A DNA stretch of 25,461 nt from a virus. Taxonomy: Duplodnaviria; Caudoviricetes. The stretch spans positions 1 to 25,461 of IMG/VR virus record IMGVR_UViG_3300034117_000234, one strand, 5' to 3'. Below are positions 7,227-16,693 of the stretch, piece by piece. The notes below the pieces were generated by a model that saw only the letters and a program-made list of their open reading frames with translations, had not been told where the DNA came from and did not search any database. Both the position numbers and the translations under genes were made by a program. The first letter of the stretch is position 1. Every line of letters begins with the position of its first letter.

Positions 7227-8126
7227 TTATTTACCCTTCTTGATTGTTAGATACGGAGTCCCGCCGTTGCGAGAACTCCTAGTCGCTACAACGTAGCGTT
7301 CCGAACCCACTTCGATTACAGCGGTTTTCGCCGAACCCATTTGGTCCAGAGTTCTAGACTTTAGTTCGTTTAGTTTCGTAGTTAGAGCGTCGATCTCAGA
7401 CTGAGTATTCTGTAGGTCGATTCCTAACTGTTGCGCTATCTCTTCTTCTCGATTCTCAATTTCGGGGTGAAGAAGTTTCGCAGTTTCGTAGGTGTTAGCC
7501 GCGCCGTCCCAGTCTGGCGGGGTCTGAAGTTGTAGAGCTTTACGGAACTCTTTAGCGGCTTCGAGCATTACTTCAAACTCGAACTGATCAAACTCAATTT
7601 CGTAGGTTTCGAAGCGTGAGTCGATAAGTCCCACTAAAACCGCTTTCTTTAGACCAAGCACTCCGAGATACCAGAGAATCTGCGCTCGATAGTTAGCGGG
7701 GACTTCACCGCCCCAGTAGCGACCAGAGAACTTGACTTCGATAAGTCCTAGTTCGCCGTTCTCGTCTACGAATAGCGCGTCTGGGTTTGCTCTAGCCCAC
7801 TCTTCGAAAACACTTGCCCAAGTTCCCGTCCGATAGAACGTCCAGTTAGGTTTCGTCTTTGCGAAGAAATCAAGAATCGGTTGCTCGAAGTGAGTTCCAA
7901 GAGCCATAGCGGTAGATACAGGAATCTCGTTAGGTATTTCGCCTATCGCCTTGTAGTAGCGTGTAACCGCAGACTCCCACTCGTTCACGCCGATAATCGA
8001 ACCGATCGTAGAACCTGTAATGACTCCAGAATCTTCTCTAAGCTTGTGCCACTCGACCGAACCCGATTCGAAAACGCCCAAGCAGGTTGCGTCCGTAATC
8101 TGATCGTGCTGAGTAATTTCTTTCAT
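7227..8126 (-). CDS. YqaJ-like (lambda exonuclease family) recombinase nuclease
   Basis: W...R...ITGS, GTHFE, ANPDAL, IEVK and Y.AQILWYLGV motifs. Confidence 0.9.
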   Translation of the reverse strand: MKEITQHDQITDATCLGVFESGSVEWHKLREDSGVITGSTIGSIIGVNEWESAVTRYYKAIGEIPNEIPVSTAMALGTHFEQPILDFFAKTKPNWTFYRTGTWASVFEEWARANPDALFVDENGELGLIEVKFSGRYWGGEVPANYRAQILWYLGVLGLKKAVLVGLIDSRFETYEIEFDQFEFEVMLEAAKEFRKALQLQTPPDWDGAANTYETAKLLHPEIENREEEIAQQLGIDLQNTQSEIDALTTKLNELKSRTLDQMGSAKTAVIEVGSERYVVATRSSRNGGTPYLTIKKGK

Positions 8127-8149
8127 AAGTAACCCTTCCAGCGTTTGTC

Positions 8150-8165
8150 TTTACGCTAGGGTAAA
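8150..8165. promoter_or_regulatory. Overlapping divergent -10 elements within a 16-bp imperfect palindrome
   Basis: TTTACGCTAGGGTAAA contains TAGGGT (+, toward whiB) and TAGCGT (-, toward the YqaJ gene). Confidence 0.55.
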
Positions 8166-8172
8166 ACTTACT

Positions 8173-8466
8173 ATGAGCCACAGACAAAGCAAACTCTATT
8201 CTGAGCTAACGTTATCTATTCGTAATCTAGGCCAAGACCCGCCCTGCGTCGAAAGATACCTGCTCTACTACCCAGAAGGCGACGAAGCGTTCATAAGGTC
8301 CAGTAATAAGGAAGCAAAAGCCGTCTGCCAGACCTGCCCCGTTATCCAAAAGTGCCTAGATTACGCCCTGTCCGCCCAAGAAGCCGACGGGGTTTGGGGC
8401 GGGACGACCGCTAGAGAACGGGAATCACTTATCGCGGCGAAGAAGCAGACGCGCCTGAATAGTTAG
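8173..8466 (+). CDS. whiB: WhiB-family Fe-S transcription factor
   Basis: Four Cys (C...CQTC.....C) and the GVWGG turn. Confidence 0.93.
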   Translation: MSHRQSKLYSELTLSIRNLGQDPPCVERYLLYYPEGDEAFIRSSNKEAKAVCQTCPVIQKCLDYALSAQEADGVWGGTTARERESLIAAKKQTRLNS

Positions 8467-8495
8467 AAGCTTGACGATAAGCCAAGAAAGCAAAG

Positions 8496-8837
8496 TTACT
8501 GCTCGTCGTCTAGGTCGCCGTAATCTGCCCAGTCGAACTCTTCCATTTCGGCGATTTCCAAAGCGTCCTTGATGTTCTCGTTATCTTCTGCCTGTTGAGC
8601 GACTACGGCCCTGAAAGTCTTTTCAATATCCGCTAAAGTCCAGTGGGCTTTCCAGATAAGGATTACGCCAAGAACAGTTACGATCGTTCCGAGCACAGTT
8701 CCGACGGCAATCATTCCACCCCAGAACCACCCTACGGGCGTAGGCGCTGAGATACCCGCACCCGTTAGAAAGAAAGCCATAAAGATACCTACAATACGGA
8801 TACCAATACTCTTAAGAATCTTCTTGCTACTATCCAT
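8496..8837 (-). CDS. Putative holin (two TM helices)
   Basis: Hydrophobic helices; immediately after the endolysin. Confidence 0.55.
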   Translation of the reverse strand: MDSSKKILKSIGIRIVGIFMAFFLTGAGISAPTPVGWFWGGMIAVGTVLGTIVTVLGVILIWKAHWTLADIEKTFRAVVAQQAEDNENIKDALEIAEMEEFDWADYGDLDDEQ

Positions 8838-9336
8838 TTACTTTTGCTTCCTGTTCTGCGACCCTGCGGGTTAGGTATTTGTGAGCGTCCCAAACTTTGC
8901 CGACCGCTCCGCCCTTAGTAACGTTCGAAAGCGTGAAGTGTAAGTGGACACCGCTAGAAGCCGACCCAGTAGCTCCAGCGCCGCCCATAGAGTCCCCAGA
9001 CTTGACCTTAGTTCCGACCTTGAGCGGCGACTGCTCGTTTAGGTGGCAATACATAAAGAAAAGAGTTGCGGGTTTCTGCTCTTTACCCCAAGGGCAGTTA
9101 GCAACTTTCAGTTCGACGACCCAGCCGAGAATTTCGGACCAATAGTTAGCAGAAACTACACCATTGTTTACCGCTGGGAGTGGAGTGTTCTTTGTGAACG
9201 GGTAAATCTTCTTCTTAGTTTTAGGATCTAACCCGTTGTAGTCGCAACCCCTATGCGGGCGACCTGTTAGGCGTTTGCGTTCTGGGCTAAGTGAGCCGAA
9301 CTCGTCGAATACTACGGGGAAGGGCAATTGCCACAT
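8830..9336 (-). CDS. M23 family peptidase, putative endolysin
   Basis: HRGCD (HxxxD), YCHL and GVHLHF (HxH) motifs. Confidence 0.88.
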   Translation of the reverse strand: MWQLPFPVVFDEFGSLSPERKRLTGRPHRGCDYNGLDPKTKKKIYPFTKNTPLPAVNNGVVSANYWSEILGWVVELKVANCPWGKEQKPATLFFMYCHLNEQSPLKVGTKVKSGDSMGGAGATGSASSGVHLHFTLSNVTKGGAVGKVWDAHKYLTRRVAEQEAKVNG

Positions 9337-9338
9337 TT

Positions 9339-9554
9339 TTAGATTCCTAACAATTTTGCGAGAACAATACCGAGAAGCCCCGATAGTGAAGCTATGCCTA
9401 GAACTGCCCAGCGGAACTGCTCTAGCAGTCGGATTCGCTTTTCGTGATCGAGAACGTTGCGCTCAGTCCAAGTGATGTGATTAGGCAGACGCTCATTTAG
9501 GATAGTTACTTCTCTAATGAGTTCTTGCGCCCACATAGGGACTTGTTCTTCCAC
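9339..9554 (-). CDS. Small coiled-coil plus C-terminal TM protein (lysis module)
   Basis: DHEKRIRLLE followed by a TM helix. Confidence 0.7.
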   Translation of the reverse strand: MEEQVPMWAQELIREVTILNERLPNHITWTERNVLDHEKRIRLLEQFRWAVLGIASLSGLLGIVLAKLLGI

Positions 9555-9594
9555 GCGTCGATTCTTTCTTGTATCGGGCGTAGGGTTTCAAGTT

Positions 9595-9843
9595 TTATTC
9601 GGGTAGAGCTTCGGGTTCTGTTTCGACTTCGGGAACGTATTTTGGCTTCGTAGGTGCGTCCGGGCTGTCCCCCGCGTCGTCTGCGTCGGGGTCAGTCATA
9701 GCAAGAATCGCTTGCTCTGCCCACGCTTCGGCTTCACCTACCGCCCATTCTGAGCCGTCTGGCCAAGTAGGTTGAAACAAAAAAGGCGTTTCGCTTTCGC
9801 CTTCAAAAATTAGAACTGCGCCGTCTACTATTTCGTATCTCAT
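9595..9843 (-). CDS. Acidic tail-associated hypothetical protein
   Basis: ORF track; follows the fibre gene; QPTWPDG..W motif. Confidence 0.65.
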   Translation of the reverse strand: MRYEIVDGAVLIFEGESETPFLFQPTWPDGSEWAVGEAEAWAEQAILAMTDPDADDAGDSPDAPTKPKYVPEVETEPEALPE

Positions 9844-10901
9844 TATCCGTTACTTGGTCCAAATCCGCCTGTTAGCCTTGACGCGTAACTTGCTGTCGAT
9901 CCTGTGTTTACTGAAGAGAAAGAGCCAGAAGCTCCAGTAGTGCTTCTAAAGACTGTTCCGTCGCCGTTGAAAATAACGTAAGTTCCGTTTCCATAAGCAA
10001 TATTGTTGCTTTGTTTTGAAGCGGGCATAGTTATTGTTGCCCAAGTTCCGAGCGGTGTTGATAGTTTGTAAGCTGTCGAGCTAGTGTAACCGCCCGAAAG
10101 AATCCAAAGCTCGTTATTAGCGATAAACATTGGGCTATTGACGTTTGCGAGCGTCGTCATTGTCGTCCAAGTTGGCGACGCGGTAGCGATATTTGCGGTT
10201 CTGTAAATAACGCCGTTGTAATCTTCTACAAACCAATAGCCCTGCCAGAAAATAATATCCCTAAAGTAGTTCGCGGCGGGCGGTGTATAGAAAGCCCAGT
10301 TAGACCAACCTAACTTACCTGCTCCGTCGAACTCGACGGGCATAATACCTGACCCTGATGTTCCCTGAGTCGTAAACCTAGCCCATTGAGTCGTATTGTT
10401 ATCGCTTAGAACTGCCCAAGTCGAAGCCCCGTCCCAAGCAGGACGGCACATAGCCGTAGCGTAAGGGGCTGATCCGTAATACTGACGCAACTTCGCAGAC
10501 TGATCCTGAATACGGGACTGCGTATTTATTCCCCAGTAAAGATTTGCCCCAGCCGCCGTCTGAAACCACCCGTTATTAACAGGGGTGTTATTATTTGACT
10601 GATTATTGTAGTCGCCGTCTAGTTTGCCAGTCAGAAGATCCTTATTAAAAGACGGGATATAGTTTGCTCCGCCGTTCCACCATTGCCAGCCAAGAGTTGA
10701 CCCGTGATAGGTCAAGTATTGCTGAGTAACCGAACCCGGTGTTGTGCGCGAAGTCCAAGTAGACCCGTCCGGGCTAGTTCTAAAAGTAGAAGTTGCGTCC
10801 GCAAACGCGAAGAGTCCTTCGGCTGAAACGTTACCGCCGCTTGTTCTATTGAACTTATCGAAGGTCGTAATACTTGATTTTTTTAGTGTAGAGATCGCCA
10901 C
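9843..10901 (-). CDS. Putative tail fibre / receptor-binding protein (beta-propeller-like repeats)
   Basis: SPDGSTWTSRT and IAYGNGTYV repeats; Thr/Ser/Gly/Trp-rich; position after minor tail genes. Confidence 0.65.
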   Translation of the reverse strand: MAISTLKKSSITTFDKFNRTSGGNVSAEGLFAFADATSTFRTSPDGSTWTSRTTPGSVTQQYLTYHGSTLGWQWWNGGANYIPSFNKDLLTGKLDGDYNNQSNNNTPVNNGWFQTAAGANLYWGINTQSRIQDQSAKLRQYYGSAPYATAMCRPAWDGASTWAVLSDNNTTQWARFTTQGTSGSGIMPVEFDGAGKLGWSNWAFYTPPAANYFRDIIFWQGYWFVEDYNGVIYRTANIATASPTWTTMTTLANVNSPMFIANNELWILSGGYTSSTAYKLSTPLGTWATITMPASKQSNNIAYGNGTYVIFNGDGTVFRSTTGASGSFSSVNTGSTASYASRLTGGFGPSNG

Positions 10902-10910
10902 GATCTACCC

Positions 10911-11243
10911 CTAAGAGATTTCTGAACCGAAAGCCGCAAAGGTTAGGTTAGCGTTTCCAGCGTAGACAGTTAGAACGTCCGAAGCGTCCATAGTAATACC
11001 GAGAGTTAGGTTCGTTGAATCGTTCGCCGCGATAGCCACGTCATAAGCTAGATAGTGAGTATTTGCGAGAGTTGCCCCGTCCGGGCGAACCGAGATACGA
11101 AAAGTCGTAGCCGTAGCCCCGCGGTTACATACAACTAGAGTCGAGATAACAGTCTGCTTACCTGCGCCGACAGTGTAAATATCCGTCGAAGTAGTCGCTG
11201 AAGTTGCGTTCTGAGCTAGAACTTTATATGAAGTAGTTGGCAT
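10911..11243 (-). CDS. Minor tail/virion protein
   Basis: YKVLAQ...DIYTV...STLVVCN...FGSEIS pattern common in tail modules. Confidence 0.7.
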   Translation of the reverse strand: MPTTSYKVLAQNATSATTSTDIYTVGAGKQTVISTLVVCNRGATATTFRISVRPDGATLANTHYLAYDVAIAANDSTNLTLGITMDASDVLTVYAGNANLTFAAFGSEIS

Positions 11244-11247
11244 TTAT

Positions 11248-11505
11248 TTATGCTCCCATTAGTAGAAATTGGTCGAACCCGCCGCCGCCGCCGACAGACT
11301 GCCAAGCGGCCCCGTCGTAAACAGTAACTTCGTTAGTATCCGCGAGATAAGACATCATACCTTCGGAAACCGCAGTTCCCAGCGCCGAGCTTCTAGCCGC
11401 TGAAGAAGCAAAGACCATTACAGTTTGGTCCATTAGGTAACCCTGAACGTTTACGGCAGTAAGAACTTCACCTGCCGAAAAGACTTTGCGACCTAAACCA
11501 GGCAA
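11248..11505 (-). CDS. Minor tail protein
   Basis: FSAGEVLTA..V..YLM.Q...FAS.AAR...EGM..Y motif. Confidence 0.7.
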   Translation of the reverse strand: MPGLGRKVFSAGEVLTAVNVQGYLMDQTVMVFASSAARSSALGTAVSEGMMSYLADTNEVTVYDGAAWQSVGGGGGFDQFLLMGA

Positions 11506-11515
11506 TTGGGACTCC

Positions 11516-12748
11516 TTAGAAACCTAGAACGTTGCTATTAGTATCTAGCATACCAAATACAGGGTCGTCCAAAATTAGGTAGGTTAGATCGACTGTAGCC
11601 AGACCGAAGTTTACGATATGTTCGCCCGCGATATCGACTGAGTGATTTAGGCGGATAATCTCGGCGTAGCGCACGATAGCGGGCGGAAGGTTGGACGGCA
11701 AGAACGTAACCTTTACCACCGAGCCGAGTTCAAGACCGAGAATTTGATTCTGCTCGGCCAAAGTCAAACTGTTTAGGCGGACGTTTAGAGCGTCGAACCT
11801 GTATTGCGGTTGCGAGTATTTCGAAGCCAGAAACAGGGCCGTATCGGTAAGCTGAGTGTCGTCATTTAGAAGAAGGTCATTAAGCGTTAGGTTATAGATT
11901 CCGTAAGCGTTCTGTGAGTCTGTATCGTTAGCGATAACCTGCGTATTAGTAATAACCGAAGTCGCTACAATCTCATTCGCTAAATCTTCCGAGCCATACA
12001 TAACTACTAGATCTTGATAAGGGATACCTGTCCCAGTGTTTGAAAGTTCGATAAGTCCGACCGAACTTGGCGCAACTGTTCTATCCTGAAAAGTTGCTTT
12101 TCCGTCCTTAGCGATAAAGAATCGCCCAAGTTCCGACTGCTCGACCTTCTGAATGTAAGCAAGTGCGCTAGTCCCGTCGGCAATTACGTCTGGCCCAAGA
12201 TAAGCCGAGCCAGTATCTATTTGGCGATTATCTGGGGCCCACTCTACAAACGGACTGTCCAGAACTGCGTTCACTCTCGCACCTGAAAACTGCGGCGTAG
12301 CGGTCGAAGCGGGCAACGTCTGATTAGTGAGCTCGGCAAAGCCGTCCGAAGTAACAAAAGAAGCAATAGCGTCGCCATTAGAAGAGTAAGCAAGATTCCA
12401 GTCGTCTACCGAACCGAAATACTGAATAGTCCCGTTAGTCGAGATCCGAACCTGCCGCTTAGGAATAATGTTTCCAAAATAAGGGGACGCTTCGTAAGTG
12501 GGGTCATAGTAGCGATTCTGATTATTGAGTTCGACGACCGCTTCACCTGAAGAGAAGTTAGCAATATCGTTAGCCTTACCCCGTCGAATAGAGAAACCCG
12601 TAACGTCTCCCGTTATGTCGATAAAAATAGTCCCACCTAGAACCCAGTCTGGGTCGTCAAGTCGGCCCGCAACTGGGTCGTCCAAAACTAGGAATGGCCC
12701 ACCCGCGCCCCGCAGGTCGAACCCGATTTCGACTTTCTCAGTAGGCAT
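11516..12748 (-). CDS. Minor tail / baseplate hub protein
   Basis: Directly downstream of the tape measure gene; 410 aa. Confidence 0.7.
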   Translation of the reverse strand: MPTEKVEIGFDLRGAGGPFLVLDDPVAGRLDDPDWVLGGTIFIDITGDVTGFSIRRGKANDIANFSSGEAVVELNNQNRYYDPTYEASPYFGNIIPKRQVRISTNGTIQYFGSVDDWNLAYSSNGDAIASFVTSDGFAELTNQTLPASTATPQFSGARVNAVLDSPFVEWAPDNRQIDTGSAYLGPDVIADGTSALAYIQKVEQSELGRFFIAKDGKATFQDRTVAPSSVGLIELSNTGTGIPYQDLVVMYGSEDLANEIVATSVITNTQVIANDTDSQNAYGIYNLTLNDLLLNDDTQLTDTALFLASKYSQPQYRFDALNVRLNSLTLAEQNQILGLELGSVVKVTFLPSNLPPAIVRYAEIIRLNHSVDIAGEHIVNFGLATVDLTYLILDDPVFGMLDTNSNVLGF

Positions 12749-14907
12749 TAGACCAGAGCCACGTTCGATCGGTTGTATTTGTTTAGCTCGGCTTGGATAG
12801 CCTGACCTACTGCCTTGCCGTCCGTTCCAAGACCAGCTCGGACGTTGATAGTAATAGTCTGAGCACCCTGCCCGCCCGTAGCCATTATGTAGCGGTTTGC
12901 CAGCCCGCGACTCACTGCGCTATTCGCACCCGCAACCCCAGAGTTACCCTTAGCGATATCGGCGATACTAAGAGTCATACTCTCGATTTCCTGCGAAGGC
13001 ACTTTCAGATTTGTAATCATAGAATTAAACGTAGAAGTAAACGCGTCCGCGAGCGCGGTAGCCGCGTCCACTAAGGCTTGCTCTTGGCTCATAAGACCAG
13101 CCACAAGGCCACCCGCGACTTCCACGCCGTTATTGAACATAACTAGCGCAGTATCTTCCGCTATGGCCGCTCCAACGCGCTCAAGTTCGCTAAACAGGTT
13201 ATTCAGTTCGCTAACAGTTCCAGCGCCGCCCTTGATAATCTCAGCGGCCGTAGCAGACCCCGCTTCAAGCCCTGCGTCTACGATCTGCTTATACAGGTTC
13301 TTATCAAGACCTAGTTCGCGGAGTTGCTTCAACTGCGAAGCAAAAGCCTTAGTCTTAGAAACTACATCTGTAAAGTTCGAAACTAGGTTGCCCGTTTCCT
13401 GATTTACCAAATCAGTAACAGTTGCGAAACCGCGAACCGCGTCTTTTACTTCACCGATAAGAGCTTCGGCAAGTCCACGCTTAGAAGCAAGTTCGTCTCT
13501 TTGGCGAGCAATAGCAGTTAGGGCTTTACGTTCGGTTTCGACATAAGCAAGAAGGTTTCTACCAGCCCGCTCGATAATCGTCCCGTTACCGATTCCGTCC
13601 TTTATAGACTCCGCAATAGCGTCGAAACTATCGACCGAAGCTTGCTCGAACTGTCCTATCTCACGTCCTAGCAAAATAAGCGGTTGGACTGCTCCTGTAA
13701 GACCTTGAAGTTCTTTTACTAAATCAGCGAGAGCTTCTTGCTCTTTCGCCAAGGCTTCTGCTAGGGCTTTTGATTCAGCGGCAAGTTTCTTCTTAGATTC
13801 CGCCGCCGCCTTCTGCGCCGCAGTAAGGGCCTTAGTTCCTTTAGTTGCGGGGTCTAGACCCTTTATCTCTGGAACTTTTAGATCAGTAGTAGTCTCTTCA
13901 ATGTTCTTAATGTTGCTACTAATACTGCCAATCATTAAGTCGAGAGCAACGAAAGTTCCGATACCAGCCGCGAGAGCCGCCGCCGCCGTAGCGATAGCCG
14001 CCCAGCCCTTACCCGATTCCGCACCCTTGATAACAAACTGAGTTAGGGCGATAGCCTTTTGTGCGCCGTAAATTGCTTTCGTAATGTTGAAGATTACGAC
14101 CCAAGCTTTAGCCATAGCCGCAAGACCAGCGATAGTCTGGACGATCCACCTATTGTTACCGAGCCAAGTAACCATAGAAGCGACCGAAGTTACAATCTCA
14201 GCGAAGGCCCTAGCAATTAGTTTCAGTTGCTCTTGCCCTAGCGGTGAACTTAGCCAGTCTGCGAACTGATTTAGATAAGGCAGAAGTGCCATACCGATTT
14301 GCTCTTGGAGATCTCCGAAGATTATGCTTAGACGCTGGTAGGGGTCTAGGTCTGCCGCCGCTTCAGCCGCGCCGCCGTAAGTTTCCTGTAGGAAAGCCAT
14401 TTTGTCGCTAACATTAGCGATTCCAGGAACTAGCCTATTTAGTGCGGTTGCTTGCCCGCCGTGGGCTTTCGCAAGAGCCGAACTAACGGCAGATAGGTCT
14501 TTGCCTGTTCCTGCCGAAACGTCAAGAGCAAGCGACATAAGCCCAGTCGCCGAAGTGATATCGCCCGTAGCAACCACTAAGCGGGAGAAAGCTGGGCGAA
14601 TATTGTCGTCGGCGATAGCCGAAAGATTCTGGAACTTAGTTATCTGAGTTTCAACTGCGGCAATTTGCTCATTAGTTGCGCCTACAGTATTTCTAAGAGC
14701 AATAGCTAAGAGTCCCTGAGATTTAGCGTCCTGCGCCGCGGCTTTACCCGCCGCCTTCAACTGGCCAGTGAGAGCCGCCAAACCAAGGCCAACACCGATA
14801 CCAGCCAAAGATTTCTTGATATTGCTACTAAGGTCGCCAAAACCCTTCTTAGCGTCCTTGAAACCTTTAGGGTCTATCTTTGCGAGAATAGGGACGATTA
14901 CTGCCAT
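12748..14907 (-). CDS. Tail tape measure protein
   Basis: 719 aa, Ala/Leu-rich and helical; position after the tail chaperones. Confidence 0.85.
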   Translation of the reverse strand: MAVIVPILAKIDPKGFKDAKKGFGDLSSNIKKSLAGIGVGLGLAALTGQLKAAGKAAAQDAKSQGLLAIALRNTVGATNEQIAAVETQITKFQNLSAIADDNIRPAFSRLVVATGDITSATGLMSLALDVSAGTGKDLSAVSSALAKAHGGQATALNRLVPGIANVSDKMAFLQETYGGAAEAAADLDPYQRLSIIFGDLQEQIGMALLPYLNQFADWLSSPLGQEQLKLIARAFAEIVTSVASMVTWLGNNRWIVQTIAGLAAMAKAWVVIFNITKAIYGAQKAIALTQFVIKGAESGKGWAAIATAAAALAAGIGTFVALDLMIGSISSNIKNIEETTTDLKVPEIKGLDPATKGTKALTAAQKAAAESKKKLAAESKALAEALAKEQEALADLVKELQGLTGAVQPLILLGREIGQFEQASVDSFDAIAESIKDGIGNGTIIERAGRNLLAYVETERKALTAIARQRDELASKRGLAEALIGEVKDAVRGFATVTDLVNQETGNLVSNFTDVVSKTKAFASQLKQLRELGLDKNLYKQIVDAGLEAGSATAAEIIKGGAGTVSELNNLFSELERVGAAIAEDTALVMFNNGVEVAGGLVAGLMSQEQALVDAATALADAFTSTFNSMITNLKVPSQEIESMTLSIADIAKGNSGVAGANSAVSRGLANRYIMATGGQGAQTITINVRAGLGTDGKAVGQAIQAELNKYNRSNVALV

Positions 14908-14918
14908 TTAATAATCTC

Positions 14919-15437
14919 CTACAATCTGACCATTTTTGTATATTTATCCAAGACCATTCTAACTTCTGCTTCGACAGCGGGCAGTTTCTTATCTACCGCG
15001 GGCCAAACAATACGAGAAGGATTACCGCCCAGACGAGCATTAAGCGATTCAATAAAAGCCGCGCCTTGTTTACTTCTGGCCCGTTGAGCAGTATCGGCTA
15101 TGGCAACCGAAGGTGCGTTCGCAACTACTCTTACTAACGAAGTGATAAGAGTTTTTTTAGATCCAGTGCTCTTGAAACTAACTGAAACTGATTTGGCGGG
15201 AACTCTTTGTTTTTTATAGTTAACAGAGTTATTCCACGAAGTTCGCCCGTTATGACTCCAGCCGTCTTTACGTTTACCAAGAAACGGAGAATAAGCAGGG
15301 ATAGCCTTTACGATAGCGTCCTGAATTACCTTCGCGGGCTTCTTTGCTTCCTTCTGAAGTTCCCGCTTCAACTTCACATCAATAAGGTCTAGCCGCCGAT
15401 TTAGCTCACGAACGTTTGAGTAGATAACGTCTGCCAT
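14919..15437 (-). CDS. Basic tail-completion protein (HK97 gp10-like)
   Basis: Lys/Arg-rich; PSRIVWPAV near the C-terminus; tail module position. Confidence 0.55.
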   Translation of the reverse strand: MADVIYSNVRELNRRLDLIDVKLKRELQKEAKKPAKVIQDAIVKAIPAYSPFLGKRKDGWSHNGRTSWNNSVNYKKQRVPAKSVSVSFKSTGSKKTLITSLVRVVANAPSVAIADTAQRARSKQGAAFIESLNARLGGNPSRIVWPAVDKKLPAVEAEVRMVLDKYTKMVRL

Positions 15438-15595
15438 TATCGTTTACTCATTTCGTTTGCTTTCCAAATAAGGTATCGCCCCATAGTCCAGAGCATACGA
15501 TCTGACTGCTCTAGAAGGACACTTGGAGCGATACCTGTTTCGCAAGCTAGGCTAGCGATATACCAATGGGAACTATCGTCGCCTAGACCTACTAT
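15437..15595 (-). CDS. -1 frameshift extension of the tail assembly chaperone (G-T type; not in ORF track)
   Basis: Slippery C-CCA-AAA at 15601-15595 just before the TAG. The -1 frame is open for 52 codons (IVGLGDDSSHWYIASLACETGIAPSVLL...) and ends in TAATG coupled to the next gene. Confidence 0.8.
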   Translation of the reverse strand: MVGLGDDSSHWYIASLACETGIAPSVLLEQSDRMLWTMGRYLIWKANEMSKR

Positions 15596-15846
15596 TTTGG
15601 GTCTAGTTCCTCACTTGCGCCGACTGTATCTACAGTATCGACCCAAGTATCGAAGTCGAGAGTAGTTGCTTTCGTGCGGGTTTCTGAAGCGTGGACCAAG
15701 AAAAGCAAGTAGCTTATCTTTAAATCATTCTCCAACTTACCCACGGACATATTGAAGTGATTTTCGAACTTGACTAGATCACTAGCCGAGCAAACCACTT
15801 CTTTAGTTTCGCCGTTTAGAAAACTAACGCGTAGGGTTATTCTCAT
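15592..15846 (-). CDS. Tail assembly chaperone
   Basis: Lies between the major tail and tape measure genes; ends at the slippery site. Confidence 0.8.
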   Translation of the reverse strand: MRITLRVSFLNGETKEVVCSASDLVKFENHFNMSVGKLENDLKISYLLFLVHASETRTKATTLDFDTWVDTVDTVGASEELDPK

Positions 15847-15865
15847 TCTTGTTTATCCTTTTGGA

Positions 15866-16276
15866 TTAGGCGGTTGCCCGCGTTATTGCCCCGACAGTCG
15901 GAATCGTGATATCGAATGTCTGGAGATCGCCGACTGCGCCCGTGATTGGCATATATTGAGACACCAGGACAGTTGCGCTATAGGCGGGATTTGTGGCAGA
16001 GACAGTTCCCGAAGCTGGACGAATGACTACAGTTCCTTCAGTTCCCAAGAGCGGGAATAGAGTTGCGTCTACCGAACCTGCTCCGAAGTCCTGGAGAAAG
16101 TTTAGAGTGACCGAACCACTCTTTAGACCTGCGGCAACTTCGCGCCAGCCCTGCGAACCTAGCGAAGTCTTGTCGATCTCTTCGACAGTAATTTCAAGCG
16201 AAGCCCCAGCCAAGCTTGACGATAGGTCAGTTCCGTTTAGACTGACGAATCTTGATGTAACTACTACTTTTGGCAT
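15866..16276 (-). CDS. Major tail (tube) protein
   Basis: 136 aa beta-rich; GLKSGSVTLNFLQD and GAVGDL motifs; synteny. Confidence 0.8.
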   Translation of the reverse strand: MPKVVVTSRFVSLNGTDLSSSLAGASLEITVEEIDKTSLGSQGWREVAAGLKSGSVTLNFLQDFGAGSVDATLFPLLGTEGTVVIRPASGTVSATNPAYSATVLVSQYMPITGAVGDLQTFDITIPTVGAITRATA

Positions 16277-16288
16277 TTTTTTCCTTTT

Positions 16289-16693
16289 TTAGTCAGCCTG
16301 AACGACAACGTTAAATTCTGCCGCTAGGTATGTTGTTTCCCCGATATTTGTTGCGCCGTAGTTGCGCATATCGGTAACCACGACAGCGTAAGCCACGCCG
16401 CCGAGAGTCTTATCTGATTCTATCGCACGTCTGATAGATGAAACTCCGCTAGCCGAGCAATAAGCGTCAAGAGCGTTCTGGGCCGTTCTAGCGTCTGCTC
16501 TACCTACGATTAGAGTAACTGTGAAATTGTATTCGCTAAGTGCGTCATTGAAAGCGCGGTGGTAAGTTACGCCCGCAGGGACGATTAGCGCGAAGGGTGG
16601 GTTTACTAGTTCTGGAAGAGTGGCCGAGCTTCGAACGTTAGCGGTAAGAAGGTTAGCGGCAAGTCCAGACCGAAGAGCGGAAATAGAAGCCAT
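16289..16693 (-). CDS. Tail terminator / head-tail joining protein
   Basis: AIESDKTLGG motif; synteny. Confidence 0.65.
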   Translation of the reverse strand: MASISALRSGLAANLLTANVRSSATLPELVNPPFALIVPAGVTYHRAFNDALSEYNFTVTLIVGRADARTAQNALDAYCSASGVSSIRRAIESDKTLGGVAYAVVVTDMRNYGATNIGETTYLAAEFNVVVQAD

